From the NCBI GenBank assembly GCA_039714075.1, contig JBDLKA010000001.1:1-64000 (forward strand): DNA of 64,000 nt, in the 5' to 3' direction. This stretch comes from Candidatus Krumholzibacteriota bacterium (GTDB lineage: Bacteria; Krumholzibacteriota; Krumholzibacteriia; LZORAL124-64-63). Shown here in pieces: positions 9,670 to 19,322 of the stretch. Under the pieces are notes generated by a model. It searched no databases. It worked only from the letters and a program-made list of their open reading frames with translations, and was not told the origin of the DNA. Position 1 is the first letter of the stretch. Every line of letters begins with the position of its first letter. The translations under genes and the position numbers were made by a program.

Positions 9670-10287
9670 ATGCCTAAGTTCCAGACCGTACGCTTCGGAG
9701 AACTCGCCTACCGCGAGGAAGACGTCATCCTCCTGCCCGAAGGGCTGGTCGGTATGCCGGATCTCCACAACTGGCTGATCCTCGAAATGGGCGACGATGT
9801 GCCCATGAAGTGGTTCCAGTCCCTGGACAGGGGCGATTTCGGATTTCCGGTAAGCCAACCCGCATTTTTCACGGACAGCTACGATATCCCCCTGCCTCCG
9901 GAGGTCCAGGACCAACTGCGGGGCCGGGAAGGGGAATGGCTGGCCGTCATGGTCATTACCACGGTTCACCCGGGCGGAATCCGGATCACCGGTAACCTTC
10001 TGGCTCCATTGGTGGTTAACGTTGACAGCCGCCGAGGGTTGCAAATGGTCCTGGAGGACCCCGACTTGAGCGTCGAACAGGAAATCAATTACTTGAAATT
10101 TGGGCTTGCCGTGGATGGCCAGTCAGCGGAGAATGAAACGGTAAGCGTTCGTGGCAAGGAATTTGGCCAAGCTGGTTCTCAAACTGGTTGCGAGGCTGGT
10201 TCGCAAGAAAAGCTTGATTCCTCGTCCGAAAGCGGTCAGTCTCAGGTCCGATCCGAGGTGGAAACGCCAGAACCTGTCGGGGTATAG
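9670..10287 (+). CDS. fliW: Flagellar assembly factor FliW with acidic C-terminal extension
   Basis: [26 protein letters not shown] and [11 protein letters not shown] motifs. AAGGAG RBS before ATG 9670. Confidence 0.9.
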   Translation: MPKFQTVRFGELAYREEDVILLPEGLVGMPDLHNWLILEMGDDVPMKWFQSLDRGDFGFPVSQPAFFTDSYDIPLPPEVQDQLRGREGEWLAVMVITTVHPGGIRITGNLLAPLVVNVDSRRGLQMVLEDPDLSVEQEINYLKFGLAVDGQSAENETVSVRGKEFGQAGSQTGCEAGSQEKLDSSSESGQSQVRSEVETPEPVGV

Positions 10288-10337
10288 CCCGCCCCGCAAG
10301 CCCAGGTGGCGTTCCGGAGACAGGACAGGGAGGTCCC

Positions 10338-10610
10338 GTGCTCATACTCAGCCGAAAACGCAACGAGAAAATCATGATCGGAGACGACATCTCCATCATG
10401 ATTGTCGACATACGTGGTGACCAGGTCCAGATCGGTATCGATGCCCCAAGGTCCATTCCCGTCCACCGCCACGAAATCTATGAGGAAATCAAGAGCACCA
10501 CGTTGAGTGCGGCCGAATCCCAGAAGGTCGATCTGGATGGGATTCGCAAAAAGATCAAGGATGACGGCGATAACGACCCCAAGAAGGGGAGAGGGGAAAG
10601 CGGTGCCTGA
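10338..10610 (+). CDS. csrA: Carbon storage regulator CsrA
   Basis: [17 protein letters not shown]...[23 protein letters not shown] start with GGAGG RBS. Confidence 0.95.
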   Translation: MLILSRKRNEKIMIGDDISIMIVDIRGDQVQIGIDAPRSIPVHRHEIYEEIKSTTLSAAESQKVDLDGIRKKIKDDGDNDPKKGRGESGA

Positions 10611-10751
10611 TTTTCCCGTCAGGCTTTGCTATTGAAGCAGGCCAGGAGAGGTTCCCCGACCGCGGTCTGGCCTGCGTATTGAAGACATACCCAACCGCTC
10701 CCTGATTTCCAGCGCCAACATGGTTCCCCTGGGACAGGGCTTCACCCTGAA

Positions 10752-10767
10752 CGGCACCACAATTGCA
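10752..10767 (+). promoter_or_regulatory. sigma54 promoter candidate upstream of flgM
   Basis: CGGCACCACAATTGCA (GG-N10-GC). Confidence 0.6.
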
Positions 10768-10821
10768 CCTATGAAATACATCAGAAAGAACTATCCCACT
10801 GCCCTCAGAGGTAGGCTTGCC

Positions 10822-11184
10822 ATGGTCATGGACAGAATCAACGGATTTTCACAACTGAGCCTGGAGCTCCTGAATAATATCAGGAGGCCTGGTCCGGTGG
10901 ATTCCGGAGATGAATTACCTACCCAGTCCCGGGTACCACATGGCGACCACCGTGCCGCTCCGGCGGATAAAGCAGATATTTCTCCCAAGGCCCACCGGCT
11001 CATAGCTTTGCGAAACGATGTCGAATCCGGCCGGCAGGTCTTGGATTCCGTTCCCGAAGTGCGGCAGGACCGGGTGGCCGAAGCTCGCGCGCGCCTTGAT
11101 CGCGGGTTCTACAACTCCGTCGAAGTACGCACCAGGGTTGCCGAACGCCTGGATGACGTGGCCCAGAGCATGGAGGATATCTAA
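10822..11184 (+). CDS. flgM: Anti-sigma28 factor FlgM-like protein
   Basis: DKADISPKA...VPEVRQDRVAEARARLDRGFY pattern typical of FlgM. Start chosen downstream of the sigma54 site. Confidence 0.7.
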   Translation: MVMDRINGFSQLSLELLNNIRRPGPVDSGDELPTQSRVPHGDHRAAPADKADISPKAHRLIALRNDVESGRQVLDSVPEVRQDRVAEARARLDRGFYNSVEVRTRVAERLDDVAQSMEDI

Positions 11185-11343
11185 CAAATATCCCAATTCC
11201 AGGAACCTGGGCTTTTTCTCCCTCCCATCGCGGACTTCCCAATATCGGGAAGAGCTGTTTTTTTTGTTTGCATATACTGGTAAATAACTTTACGGTTCGC
11301 TCTGCGATGGAGCGCAACCCTATCTTGAGGATGTCATGATTTC

Positions 11344-13632
11344 ATGATGGAAGATCACCTTTTCCGTCTCCCGCCACCCATTCCCCATGGGGCGGTTTTT
11401 GTCGGTCCGGCCCACTGGTTGAATTCCCAGCCTATTTCAGAGCGTGAATGCCGCCATTTTTCCCAGGCCAACAAGGCCCTGCCGTGGCTGAAACGGATGT
11501 TCGGAGAAAACAAATCCGACTCCCGGCTCGTTTTTCTGCACCAGGATGCCTTCGCCGGCGAAGATGGAGCCGACGAACTCGTCAACTGGCTGGAATCACT
11601 GACGGTGCTGCGCGCCCCTTATCTGCCCATCCTGCTGCATGGCGATCTTTCCGCAGGACAGTTGGTCCGCTTCTTCCGGGCGGGACTTTTTGACGCCCTG
11701 GTCGTGCCCCTGGATCGAGCCCAGTGGGTGAATATGCTGATCCGGGCGGAAAAACGCTTCGAAATCCGCAGCCAGGGCCGGCTGATCCTCGCGTCATCAG
11801 GCCGCACTCAGGATCTGCTGCACAATCTCCGCCGCAAACTTGGAGATCAGACCGCACGGTCGGCCAGCGAAATGCTGCGGGCCCAGGAATCCCTGGAGGC
11901 AGCCAACCGCCAGCTGAATGAAACCATGGCGGAGCTTTCGCTGCTGTACACCTTCGGACGCCAACTGAGCGCCGCCGGCAATTGGGACGAGGTTCTGCGG
12001 GAAATCCTGAAAAGTCTGGCCGGTTTCATCGGCGCACGCGGTTCCGCGCTCATCCTTCGTTCGGCGCCCGGGGGATCGTATTCCCCCCGGCAAACCTGGC
12101 ACTGGGATGAAACCGCCTGGGACAAGGTCATTGTCGAGCTCAAGGACAAGGTGGATGCCTCCGCCGACGGCGGTATTCTCGCGCCGGGCGTTTTCAAGAT
12201 AGAGGACCAGAGATCCGGGGGCACGGGCTCGGGCCGGCGGATCATCGCCCTTCCCTTGGAACACCAGGATGTTCGTCTCGGGTTTTTACTTCTGCTACTG
12301 GCGGACCCTGCGGAGCGCGACCGGGTCAGCCAAAGGTACGTATCCTTTTTGCAGGCGGTGCAGGTCATCCTGTCCGAAGAGGTGGCCAGCGCCCAGCTGC
12401 TGGACCGCATCCGCGACATCGGCGCCTTTAACGCACGGGTGCTGGAAACGGTCAGCAGCGCCATCTGGGTCACGGACGAAAACGGCCGCACGGTCTATTG
12501 CAACCGGTCGGGCCAGGAACTTTTGACTGGCCATGCGGCGCCCGCCATGGCTCCCGAGGATATCCTTTTCCAGATCGGGCGCGGGCGGGGCGATGGGCCC
12601 CTCGGGGGTGCCGAAGCCGATCTGCCTGAACTTTTTCTCGATGGCCGGCTCCGGCTCGATGATGCCCAGGGCATGCTGCTTCCCTTCCTGCACGGCCAAC
12701 CCAACAGTGTTTTCCGGGGGGAAGGACAGGTCATCCGATCCGATGGCACCGGCATCCCGGTCCTGCTGCAGACCTCCTGCATGCCCGGCAGCATTCCCGA
12801 CCAGACCTGGCTGGTGGTGGTGGCGGAGGACCTCCGCGAAACCCGCAAGCTGGAGGCCGAGAGGCTGCGCTCGGATCAGCTGGAAGGCCTGGTGGAAATG
12901 TCCGCCACGCTGGCCCATGAAATCCGCAATCCGCTGATGGGGCTCAGCGCCCAGGCTGAGCTGCTGGCCGACCAGCTTCCCGCGGACGACAAGCGCTCGC
13001 GCTACATCGACGTCATCACGTCCGAAGTGGACCGCATCAACGCCACGATCACCCGGATGTTGAATTTCGTCCGTCCCTACGAGCCGGACCTGTCGCCGAT
13101 TTTTATCGGGGAGCTTTGCCGCGACGCCTTGGCGCTGACCGAAGTCCGTGCCCGGGACAAAGCCGTCTCCATTGAATTCGCCGCCGATTCCATGTCCGCT
13201 GAGAATGCGGGCCTCGAAATCGAAGTCGATTCCGGGCAGATCAAACAGGTTCTGCTGAACCTCCTGATCAACGCCGTGGATGCCGCTCCCCCCAACGGCC
13301 GGGTCGTCTTGCGGGTGTTGCCCAGCGACAACCTGGAATTGAGTGACCCCACACGGGGGACCCGGCACGCGGGCCCCGGGGTCATCATAGAAGTCCTGGA
13401 TAACGGTCCGGGATTCAAGGATGGTGACCTGGCCAGGATATTTCGCCCCTTCTACACGACCAAAAGCTCGGGCACCGGGCTTGGGCTTGCCATTTGCCAC
13501 AAGATCGTGACCGCCCATGATGGACAGATCATGGCGGGCCGCGACCAGGACCAGACTTTTTTCCGTGTCCAACTGCCCCGCGTTGCGGAACAGCGGGGGG
13601 CAGGGCGCGGCCAACTGGAGGAGATGCAATGA
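11344..13632 (+). CDS. Multi-domain sensor histidine kinase (degenerate receiver, GAF-like, PAS, HisKA, HATPase)
   Basis: H-box AHEIRNPL, QVLLNLLINA, DNGPG, FYTTK, GTGLGL. Overlaps the next gene (ATGA). Confidence 0.85.
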   Translation: MMEDHLFRLPPPIPHGAVFVGPAHWLNSQPISERECRHFSQANKALPWLKRMFGENKSDSRLVFLHQDAFAGEDGADELVNWLESLTVLRAPYLPILLHGDLSAGQLVRFFRAGLFDALVVPLDRAQWVNMLIRAEKRFEIRSQGRLILASSGRTQDLLHNLRRKLGDQTARSASEMLRAQESLEAANRQLNETMAELSLLYTFGRQLSAAGNWDEVLREILKSLAGFIGARGSALILRSAPGGSYSPRQTWHWDETAWDKVIVELKDKVDASADGGILAPGVFKIEDQRSGGTGSGRRIIALPLEHQDVRLGFLLLLLADPAERDRVSQRYVSFLQAVQVILSEEVASAQLLDRIRDIGAFNARVLETVSSAIWVTDENGRTVYCNRSGQELLTGHAAPAMAPEDILFQIGRGRGDGPLGGAEADLPELFLDGRLRLDDAQGMLLPFLHGQPNSVFRGEGQVIRSDGTGIPVLLQTSCMPGSIPDQTWLVVVAEDLRETRKLEAERLRSDQLEGLVEMSATLAHEIRNPLMGLSAQAELLADQLPADDKRSRYIDVITSEVDRINATITRMLNFVRPYEPDLSPIFIGELCRDALALTEVRARDKAVSIEFAADSMSAENAGLEIEVDSGQIKQVLLNLLINAVDAAPPNGRVVLRVLPSDNLELSDPTRGTRHAGPGVIIEVLDNGPGFKDGDLARIFRPFYTTKSSGTGLGLAICHKIVTAHDGQIMAGRDQDQTFFRVQLPRVAEQRGAGRGQLEEMQ

Positions 13633-15089
13633 AATCCAGGATCCTGATCGTCGACGATGAAGCCGCCATCCGCTCTTCCCTTCAGGAGTCGCTTACGTCC
13701 GAGGGGTACGACACCGAGATCGCCGAATCGGGAGAGGAAGCCCTGGCCAAATGCCACGGCGCCGTGTTCGACCTGGTGGTGACCGATCTGCGCCTGCCCG
13801 GCGTCAGCGGTCTGGAAATCCTGCAGGCCCTGCGCAACCAGGGCCAGTCCACGCCGGTCATCATGATGACGGCCTACGGGGATGTGGACACCGCCGTCAG
13901 CGCCATGAGGCTGGGAGCGTATGATTTCATTCCCAAACCCTTCAAGCTGACCGCCATCAAGAAACAGGTGCGGGCCGCCCTGCGCGCCACGGTGGAGCCC
14001 CGGGTAGCGGTGGAGGACAGCCCGGCCGCTGTCGTCGATAAATCCCCGAACGGCGCCGCGCGGGGCCAAGACCCCGAGGGGCCGTACATGGGCATGATCC
14101 GGGCCTGTCCCGGTCTGGAGAAAGTGGCGGACATTCTGGAGAAGATCGGCGCCAGCCGCAGTGGAAACGACACGTCCATTCTCATCCAGGGTGAATCCGG
14201 GTCGGGCAAGGAGATCGTGGCGCGGGCGGTGCACGAGGTCAGCCTCGGTCATACGGACCGCTTCATGGAAATCAACTGCGCGGCCGTTCCGGAAACCCTT
14301 CTGGAAAGTGAATTGTTCGGCTACGAAAAGGGCGCCTTCACGGACGCCAAGGGGCGCAAGGAAGGCCTGTTCGAACTGGCCGGGGGCGGGACCATCTTTC
14401 TGGATGAGATCGGGGAAATGGGTGTGCTGCTCCAGAGCCGCCTGTTGCGGGTCCTGGAAAACCGCCGGTTTCGCCGGGTGGGGGGCAAGGACGATCTCAA
14501 CGTGGAAGCGCGCATCGTCGCGGCCACCAACCGTCGCCTGAGCGAAGCCATCGAGGACGGGTCCTTCCGGAACGATCTCTACTACCGTCTCCAGGTGGTG
14601 GAAATCGAAGTTCCGCCCCTGAGGGAGCGGCCCAAGGACCTGAAGATCCTGATCGACGCATTTTTGCGGGAATTCAACGCCAAGCTGGAACTGAACACCG
14701 AACCGGTGGACGACCGTCTGCTGGAGACGCTGCAAAAGTATCCCTGGCCCGGAAACGTCCGGGAACTGAAGAACATTTTGAAGAGAATCGTCATTCTTGA
14801 CCAGCCGGACAAACTTCTGGAAAGCCATTTCCCCGCCCACATCCTGCAGGGAATGAATCCCCGGAATTCCTCCCGTCAGCAGGTCCTTGGTCAGACCACG
14901 GGCTTGATGCCCTTGTCCGAGGTGGAAAAACTCCAGATTCTCTACACCCTGGAAATGACGGAGAACAACAAGTCGAAGGCGGCCCGCATCCTGGGAATCA
15001 GTCGGCAAACCCTGCGCGAGAAACTTCGAATCTACGAGCAGGGCGCGGCTGAAGAGGGGGATCTCAAATCCGACCTGGCCGAAGGCTGA
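13629..15089 (+). CDS. sigma54-dependent response regulator (NtrC family)
   Basis: Receiver, GESGSGKE, ESELFG, GAFTDA, WPGNVREL, Fis-type HTH. Confidence 0.9.
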   Translation: MKSRILIVDDEAAIRSSLQESLTSEGYDTEIAESGEEALAKCHGAVFDLVVTDLRLPGVSGLEILQALRNQGQSTPVIMMTAYGDVDTAVSAMRLGAYDFIPKPFKLTAIKKQVRAALRATVEPRVAVEDSPAAVVDKSPNGAARGQDPEGPYMGMIRACPGLEKVADILEKIGASRSGNDTSILIQGESGSGKEIVARAVHEVSLGHTDRFMEINCAAVPETLLESELFGYEKGAFTDAKGRKEGLFELAGGGTIFLDEIGEMGVLLQSRLLRVLENRRFRRVGGKDDLNVEARIVAATNRRLSEAIEDGSFRNDLYYRLQVVEIEVPPLRERPKDLKILIDAFLREFNAKLELNTEPVDDRLLETLQKYPWPGNVRELKNILKRIVILDQPDKLLESHFPAHILQGMNPRNSSRQQVLGQTTGLMPLSEVEKLQILYTLEMTENNKSKAARILGISRQTLREKLRIYEQGAAEEGDLKSDLAEG

Positions 15090-15363
15090 GCGGCTCTTTC
15101 CCTGGACCGGTTCCGGGCCGGTCCAGGGGACGATTGCCCTTTTCCCGCTCCTGACCACAAACTGACCATATCGGGTGTTTTCCCACTGTCGCGAGTTTCT
15201 CTTTGCTTTTGTTCCGCTCTGGTGGGCTTGCCTGGAATTTCTTCAGTAAATTTCTTGAAAAACTTTCCAACCAAAGGTAAATAAAAAGCTTAGATAACTT
15301 TTTAGAGTTTCCTGACCCCGCTCGGTATCCGCCATATCCAGCCCGACTTCAAATTTGACCAAA

Positions 15364-15379
15364 AGGCATGCCCTTTGCC
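15364..15379 (+). promoter_or_regulatory. sigma54 promoter candidate heading the main flagellar operon
   Basis: AGGCATGCCCTTTGCC (GG-N10-GC) after an AT-rich stretch. Confidence 0.55.
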
Positions 15380-15427
15380 CTTGTCGGCCAGGAGTTTCCA
15401 TGGGTCCTGAAGGGTAATAGTACAAAA

Positions 15428-16204
15428 ATGAACCTGAAGTTTGAAATTTCATTCCGCACACTCGTTCCTGCCCTGGTGTTGGCGGGCCTTTTCGGCATGT
15501 GCCGGCTGGCATCAGCTGAGACGGTCATGGCAACGGATCATGATTCATTGGCCGACGCCTACCAGGATTGGATTTCGGCCCTGGAAGCCGCCGGCGGCTC
15601 GAATTCCCGCTGGGAATTTCCTTTTGAGGCTCCCAGGCCCGACAACCTGTCGGCCGGAGAGTTGGAAACGGTCCTTTCCCTGCGTCGCCTGGTCCGGGAT
15701 CAGGATACGGGGCCTCTGGAAACCCTTGTCGGGAACCTTACCGGACGGCCGCTGGAAATGCCGGTTCAGATGCGGTACTGGCTTGCCTACGCTCAAAGCG
15801 TTCTCAACCGCCAGGAAGCATGCTGGGACAATCTCCGCCTTCTATTGCTGATGCAGGATAGCGCCGACCATCTGGAACCAGGCCAGCGGGCCTGGGTCCT
15901 GACTGCGTTTGCCGACTACAGCTTTCTATTGGGGAGGCGTCTATTGGCCTCCCGGATGTACGGGCAGTTGGCGGTTTCGACCGTGGAGCAGTTGGAACTG
16001 TGGGGGCAATACCAGCTGGCGGGGATGGATTTTCTGGAACGGAACTTCAACGGCGCCAACCGGAGGTACAAGGTGGTTTGCGAGTCGGATAAATCCGGGA
16101 CCTGGCGGGAACACGCCTGCGCCATGGCGGAAATGGCCGCACGACTGGACAGCCTGGACCTGGAAGGGGGATCCCATGGCCATGTCGCCCTCGTCTCTCC
16201 CTGA
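15428..16204 (+). CDS. Hypothetical exported protein, TPR-like helical repeats
   Basis: Signal-peptide-like N-terminus. YWLAYAQ, FADYSFLLG and YQLAGMDF helical repeat-like segments. Confidence 0.55.
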   Translation: MNLKFEISFRTLVPALVLAGLFGMCRLASAETVMATDHDSLADAYQDWISALEAAGGSNSRWEFPFEAPRPDNLSAGELETVLSLRRLVRDQDTGPLETLVGNLTGRPLEMPVQMRYWLAYAQSVLNRQEACWDNLRLLLLMQDSADHLEPGQRAWVLTAFADYSFLLGRRLLASRMYGQLAVSTVEQLELWGQYQLAGMDFLERNFNGANRRYKVVCESDKSGTWREHACAMAEMAARLDSLDLEGGSHGHVALVSP

Positions 16205-16571
16205 ATCCACGGTCACCGAAGAGAGCCTTCTGGACCGGTTGCTGTCCCTGTATGAAGAAGAGCGGGAATTGTATTCCCAGGTGCTGCAACTGTCCCGCGA
16301 ACAGGGGGAGGCCGTCAGGCAGGGTGGATCGATGGCTTCCGTACGCCGGATCCTCGAACAGAAAAAAGGGTGTCTGGACCTGATCGGCCGCCTGGAACTG
16401 ACCGAGCACAGGACCAAGGTGGCCTGGGAAAAAGGCCGCCACGGGTGGTCCGCGCCGGGTCGGCGGAAACTTCATGATGCCGTCCAGGAAGTCGCCTGCC
16501 TGATCGAGGATATTCTGGTAGCCGAAGAGAAGAACGATCTCCTGCTCATTGAACAGACGAGGGTGGTTTGA
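16176..16571 (+). CDS. FlgN/FliT-like export chaperone
   Basis: About 130 aa, helical: LLSLYEEERELYSQVLQLSREQ...ILEQKKGCL...EEKNDLLL. GGGGG RBS. Confidence 0.55.
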   Translation: MAMSPSSLPESTVTEESLLDRLLSLYEEERELYSQVLQLSREQGEAVRQGGSMASVRRILEQKKGCLDLIGRLELTEHRTKVAWEKGRHGWSAPGRRKLHDAVQEVACLIEDILVAEEKNDLLLIEQTRVV

Positions 16572-17287
16572 TGACAGCCACATTGATTCCGAACGCAGAG
16601 AAAACCGTCTCCCGGACGACCGAAACGGGTGAGCGCCAGGACCGCCGTCTGCTGGTCGGCTATCTGCACAAGACCAGCAATACCCTGTGTGGAATCAAGG
16701 GATACGCAAGCCTCATCGCCGACCGGGAAGCCGGCGCCGGGCAGGCGGGCCGCTGGGCCCGCAAGATCATCGCCGAGGTAGAGAGGATGGAGGAGATATT
16801 CCGTTCCGTTGGTGACCTGACGCGGGGCCGCCAAAACCCCGATGTCGGCGTGGACCTGCCGGGGCTGGTCCACGATGTGGCCAAGGAAATCGCCCGCAAT
16901 GGATGGGGACTCGACCTGCAGGTCGGCGACATACCTGCCGGAGAGCTGAAGCTGCCGGTAGCGGATCTCGTGCTCATGCTGTCGGAAATCCTCAACAACT
17001 GCGCGGAAAGTCGTGCCTCCGATTCAGACCGGGTGTCGGCCGCGATCCACGGCGAACGCGACCGCGATGGCAGGGTTTTCCTGAAGGTGAAGGATGATGG
17101 TTGCGGCATGGATGATGGACTTCTGGCGCAAGCAACAAGTCCTTTCGTGACCAACAAGGAGGGCCACCACGGAGTGGGGCTGACCCGGGTGGACACGTTG
17201 ATGGAGATGTACGGACTGGCCTGGACCCTGGAAAGCCAGGCAGGACGGGGAACCAATATCAGACTTGAGGTCGCCGAAGGTTATTGA
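16571..17287 (+). CDS. Sensor-less histidine kinase (FleS/FlrB position)
   Basis: Atypical H-box LHKTSNTL, EILNNCAES, DDGCG, PFVTNK, GVGL. No input domain. TGATG coupling to the previous gene. Confidence 0.7.
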   Translation: MTATLIPNAEKTVSRTTETGERQDRRLLVGYLHKTSNTLCGIKGYASLIADREAGAGQAGRWARKIIAEVERMEEIFRSVGDLTRGRQNPDVGVDLPGLVHDVAKEIARNGWGLDLQVGDIPAGELKLPVADLVLMLSEILNNCAESRASDSDRVSAAIHGERDRDGRVFLKVKDDGCGMDDGLLAQATSPFVTNKEGHHGVGLTRVDTLMEMYGLAWTLESQAGRGTNIRLEVAEGY

Positions 17288-17303
17288 GGTGGACGAAAGG
17301 GAC

Positions 17304-18677
17304 ATGATGTCTTTGAAACGGAACATCCTGGTTGTCGATGACGAACCGACCATGCGGGACTTTCTGAAGTCTTCCCTGGGAGACAGGTATGAGGTTCGCA
17401 CGGCCGCCGACGGACCCGAGGCCCTGGCCTTGTTGAAGAAATCCCGGAGCGACCTGGTCCTGTCCGACATCCAGATGCCCGCCGGTGGCGGTATGGAACT
17501 GTTGGGGAATATCCGGGAGAGCCTCGACTACCATCCTTCGGTTGTCCTGATGACCGCCTTCGCCACCGTGGAGCAAGCCGTCAAGGCCACGCGGAACGGG
17601 GCGGACGACTACATCTGCAAACCCTTCGGTCTGGATCAACTGGACCACGTCCTGGAGCGTGCCTTCACGGTGCGGCAACTGCACCGGGAGAACACGAATC
17701 TCCGAGCCAACCTGGTGGACCGGACGGGCAATCTGGGTCTGTTGGGCAACAATCCCGCCATGGTCGAACTCCGGGAAAAAATCGCCATGATCGCGGACTC
17801 ACGGGGCACCGTTCTTCTGCAGGGTGAAAGCGGAACCGGGAAGGATGTTGCGGCCCGGGCAATCCACGAATCCGGATCCCGGCGGAACGGACCCTTCATC
17901 CGCCTGAATTGCGCGGCCATCCCCGAGGCTCTTCTGGAATCCGAATTGTTCGGGTACGAACGGGGGGCTTTCACCGGAGCGGTACAATCGCGGCAGGGAA
18001 AATTTGAACTGGCGGACGGTGGCACCCTGCTGCTGGACGAAATCAGCGAAATGCCCCTCACCATGCAAGCCAATCTTTTGCGGGTGCTTCAGGAACGGGA
18101 GTTCATGCGCCTGGGCGCGCGGCACGCGACCCGCGCGGATGTCCGGATCATCGCCACGACGAACCGTAATCTTCGCGAGCGCATCAAGGCCGGGAGTTTC
18201 CGGGAGGATCTGTTCTTTCGTCTCAATTTCATTCCCCTTTGGCTGGTGCCGCTTCGCTCCCGCCTGGACGATGTCCCGCTGCTGGCGCGGCATTTTACCC
18301 AGAACTTCTGTGCCGCTAACAACAAGCCGCTCATGGAATTCACCGGGGGCGCCCTGCGCTGCCTGATAGGCATGGACTGGCCGGGTAACGTCCGGCAGTT
18401 GCGGAATGTCATCGAAAGGGCGGTCATTCTTTCGACCTCCGGCCGCCTTGACGAAGAGGTGCTGGGGCTCACCGACGAAATGGTGGCGGCCCCTGCCGCG
18501 GAGGGCTTTCCCGCCGACATGACCCTCAAGGATATGGAACGGGAACTCATCCTGCGGAAACTGTCCCACACAAGCGGCAACCGGACCAAGGCGGCCCGGG
18601 AGCTCGGGATCAGTGTCAGGACGTTGCGCAATAAACTGAACCTTTACGCCGGCATGGGCCGGGAGATTCCGGGTTGA
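17304..18677 (+). CDS. sigma54-dependent response regulator (FleR/FlrC-like)
   Basis: Receiver, GESGTGKD, GAFTGA, WPGNVRQL, HTH GISVRTLRNKL. Directly upstream of the flgB/fliE position. Confidence 0.9.
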   Translation: MMSLKRNILVVDDEPTMRDFLKSSLGDRYEVRTAADGPEALALLKKSRSDLVLSDIQMPAGGGMELLGNIRESLDYHPSVVLMTAFATVEQAVKATRNGADDYICKPFGLDQLDHVLERAFTVRQLHRENTNLRANLVDRTGNLGLLGNNPAMVELREKIAMIADSRGTVLLQGESGTGKDVAARAIHESGSRRNGPFIRLNCAAIPEALLESELFGYERGAFTGAVQSRQGKFELADGGTLLLDEISEMPLTMQANLLRVLQEREFMRLGARHATRADVRIIATTNRNLRERIKAGSFREDLFFRLNFIPLWLVPLRSRLDDVPLLARHFTQNFCAANNKPLMEFTGGALRCLIGMDWPGNVRQLRNVIERAVILSTSGRLDEEVLGLTDEMVAAPAAEGFPADMTLKDMERELILRKLSHTSGNRTKAARELGISVRTLRNKLNLYAGMGREIPG

Positions 18678-18681
18678 GCCA

Positions 18682-18942
18682 ATGATCAAGACAGGACTTA
18701 TCGACAAAAGCCATCTGGCGGTCCTCAGGAAGGCCGTCGATGTCTACTCGCGACAAACAGTCGACATGGATTCGGGTTTCGGTGACGGGGTCAACAACGT
18801 CGATATCGATCAAGAGATGACGATTCCGGCGACCAAAGACCTCAACTACCGCATGGCCACCCGCTTCCTCAGCATGCGCTATAGCGTGCTGAGGGGAGCC
18901 ATCAAGGGCCAGGACATGTTCAACGACGCACTCAAGATCTAG
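18682..18942 (+). pseudogene. flgB: Internally deleted FlgB fused to a FlgC-like C-terminal tail
   Basis: FlgB N-terminus (VLRKAVDVYSRQ) joined directly to the C-terminal GVNNVDIDQEM...LRGAIKG. The NIAN-TPGY motif is missing. Ends DMFNDALKI*, like FlgC C-termini. 86 aa. Confidence 0.65.
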
Positions 18943-18986
18943 TTGGAAAATGATCCTGGGTCCTTTGAACGAAACGAGGATGTTAC

Positions 18987-19289
18987 ATGGGAATCGGCAG
19001 CATCAAATCCCTGGGTTCGGTTGACCCGCGGGCGGTCTACGGCTCCGCCGGCACGACCCCGGCCCCCCGAACCTCTTTCGCCGAACAGTTGAAGAACGCG
19101 GTGGCCGCGGTGAACGATCTCCAGATCCAGCGTGAAGACATGGTGGAACAGATGGCAACCGGGGAAGTCACCGAGGTCCAGGACGTCATGATTGCGGCCA
19201 AGGAATCGCAGCTGGCCTTCGAGTTGCTATTGGAAATCAGGAACAAGCTGCTGGAGTCATACCAGGAAATCATGCACATGCAGGTTTAG
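18987..19289 (+). CDS. fliE: Flagellar hook-basal body protein FliE
   Basis: SFAEQLKNAV.AVNDLQ...DVMIAA...IRNKLLESYQEIMHMQV. Confidence 0.95.
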   Translation: MGIGSIKSLGSVDPRAVYGSAGTTPAPRTSFAEQLKNAVAAVNDLQIQREDMVEQMATGEVTEVQDVMIAAKESQLAFELLLEIRNKLLESYQEIMHMQV

Positions 19290-19322
19290 GTGCCTCCGGA
19301 ACCCAGAATTTGAGGTAGTGCA

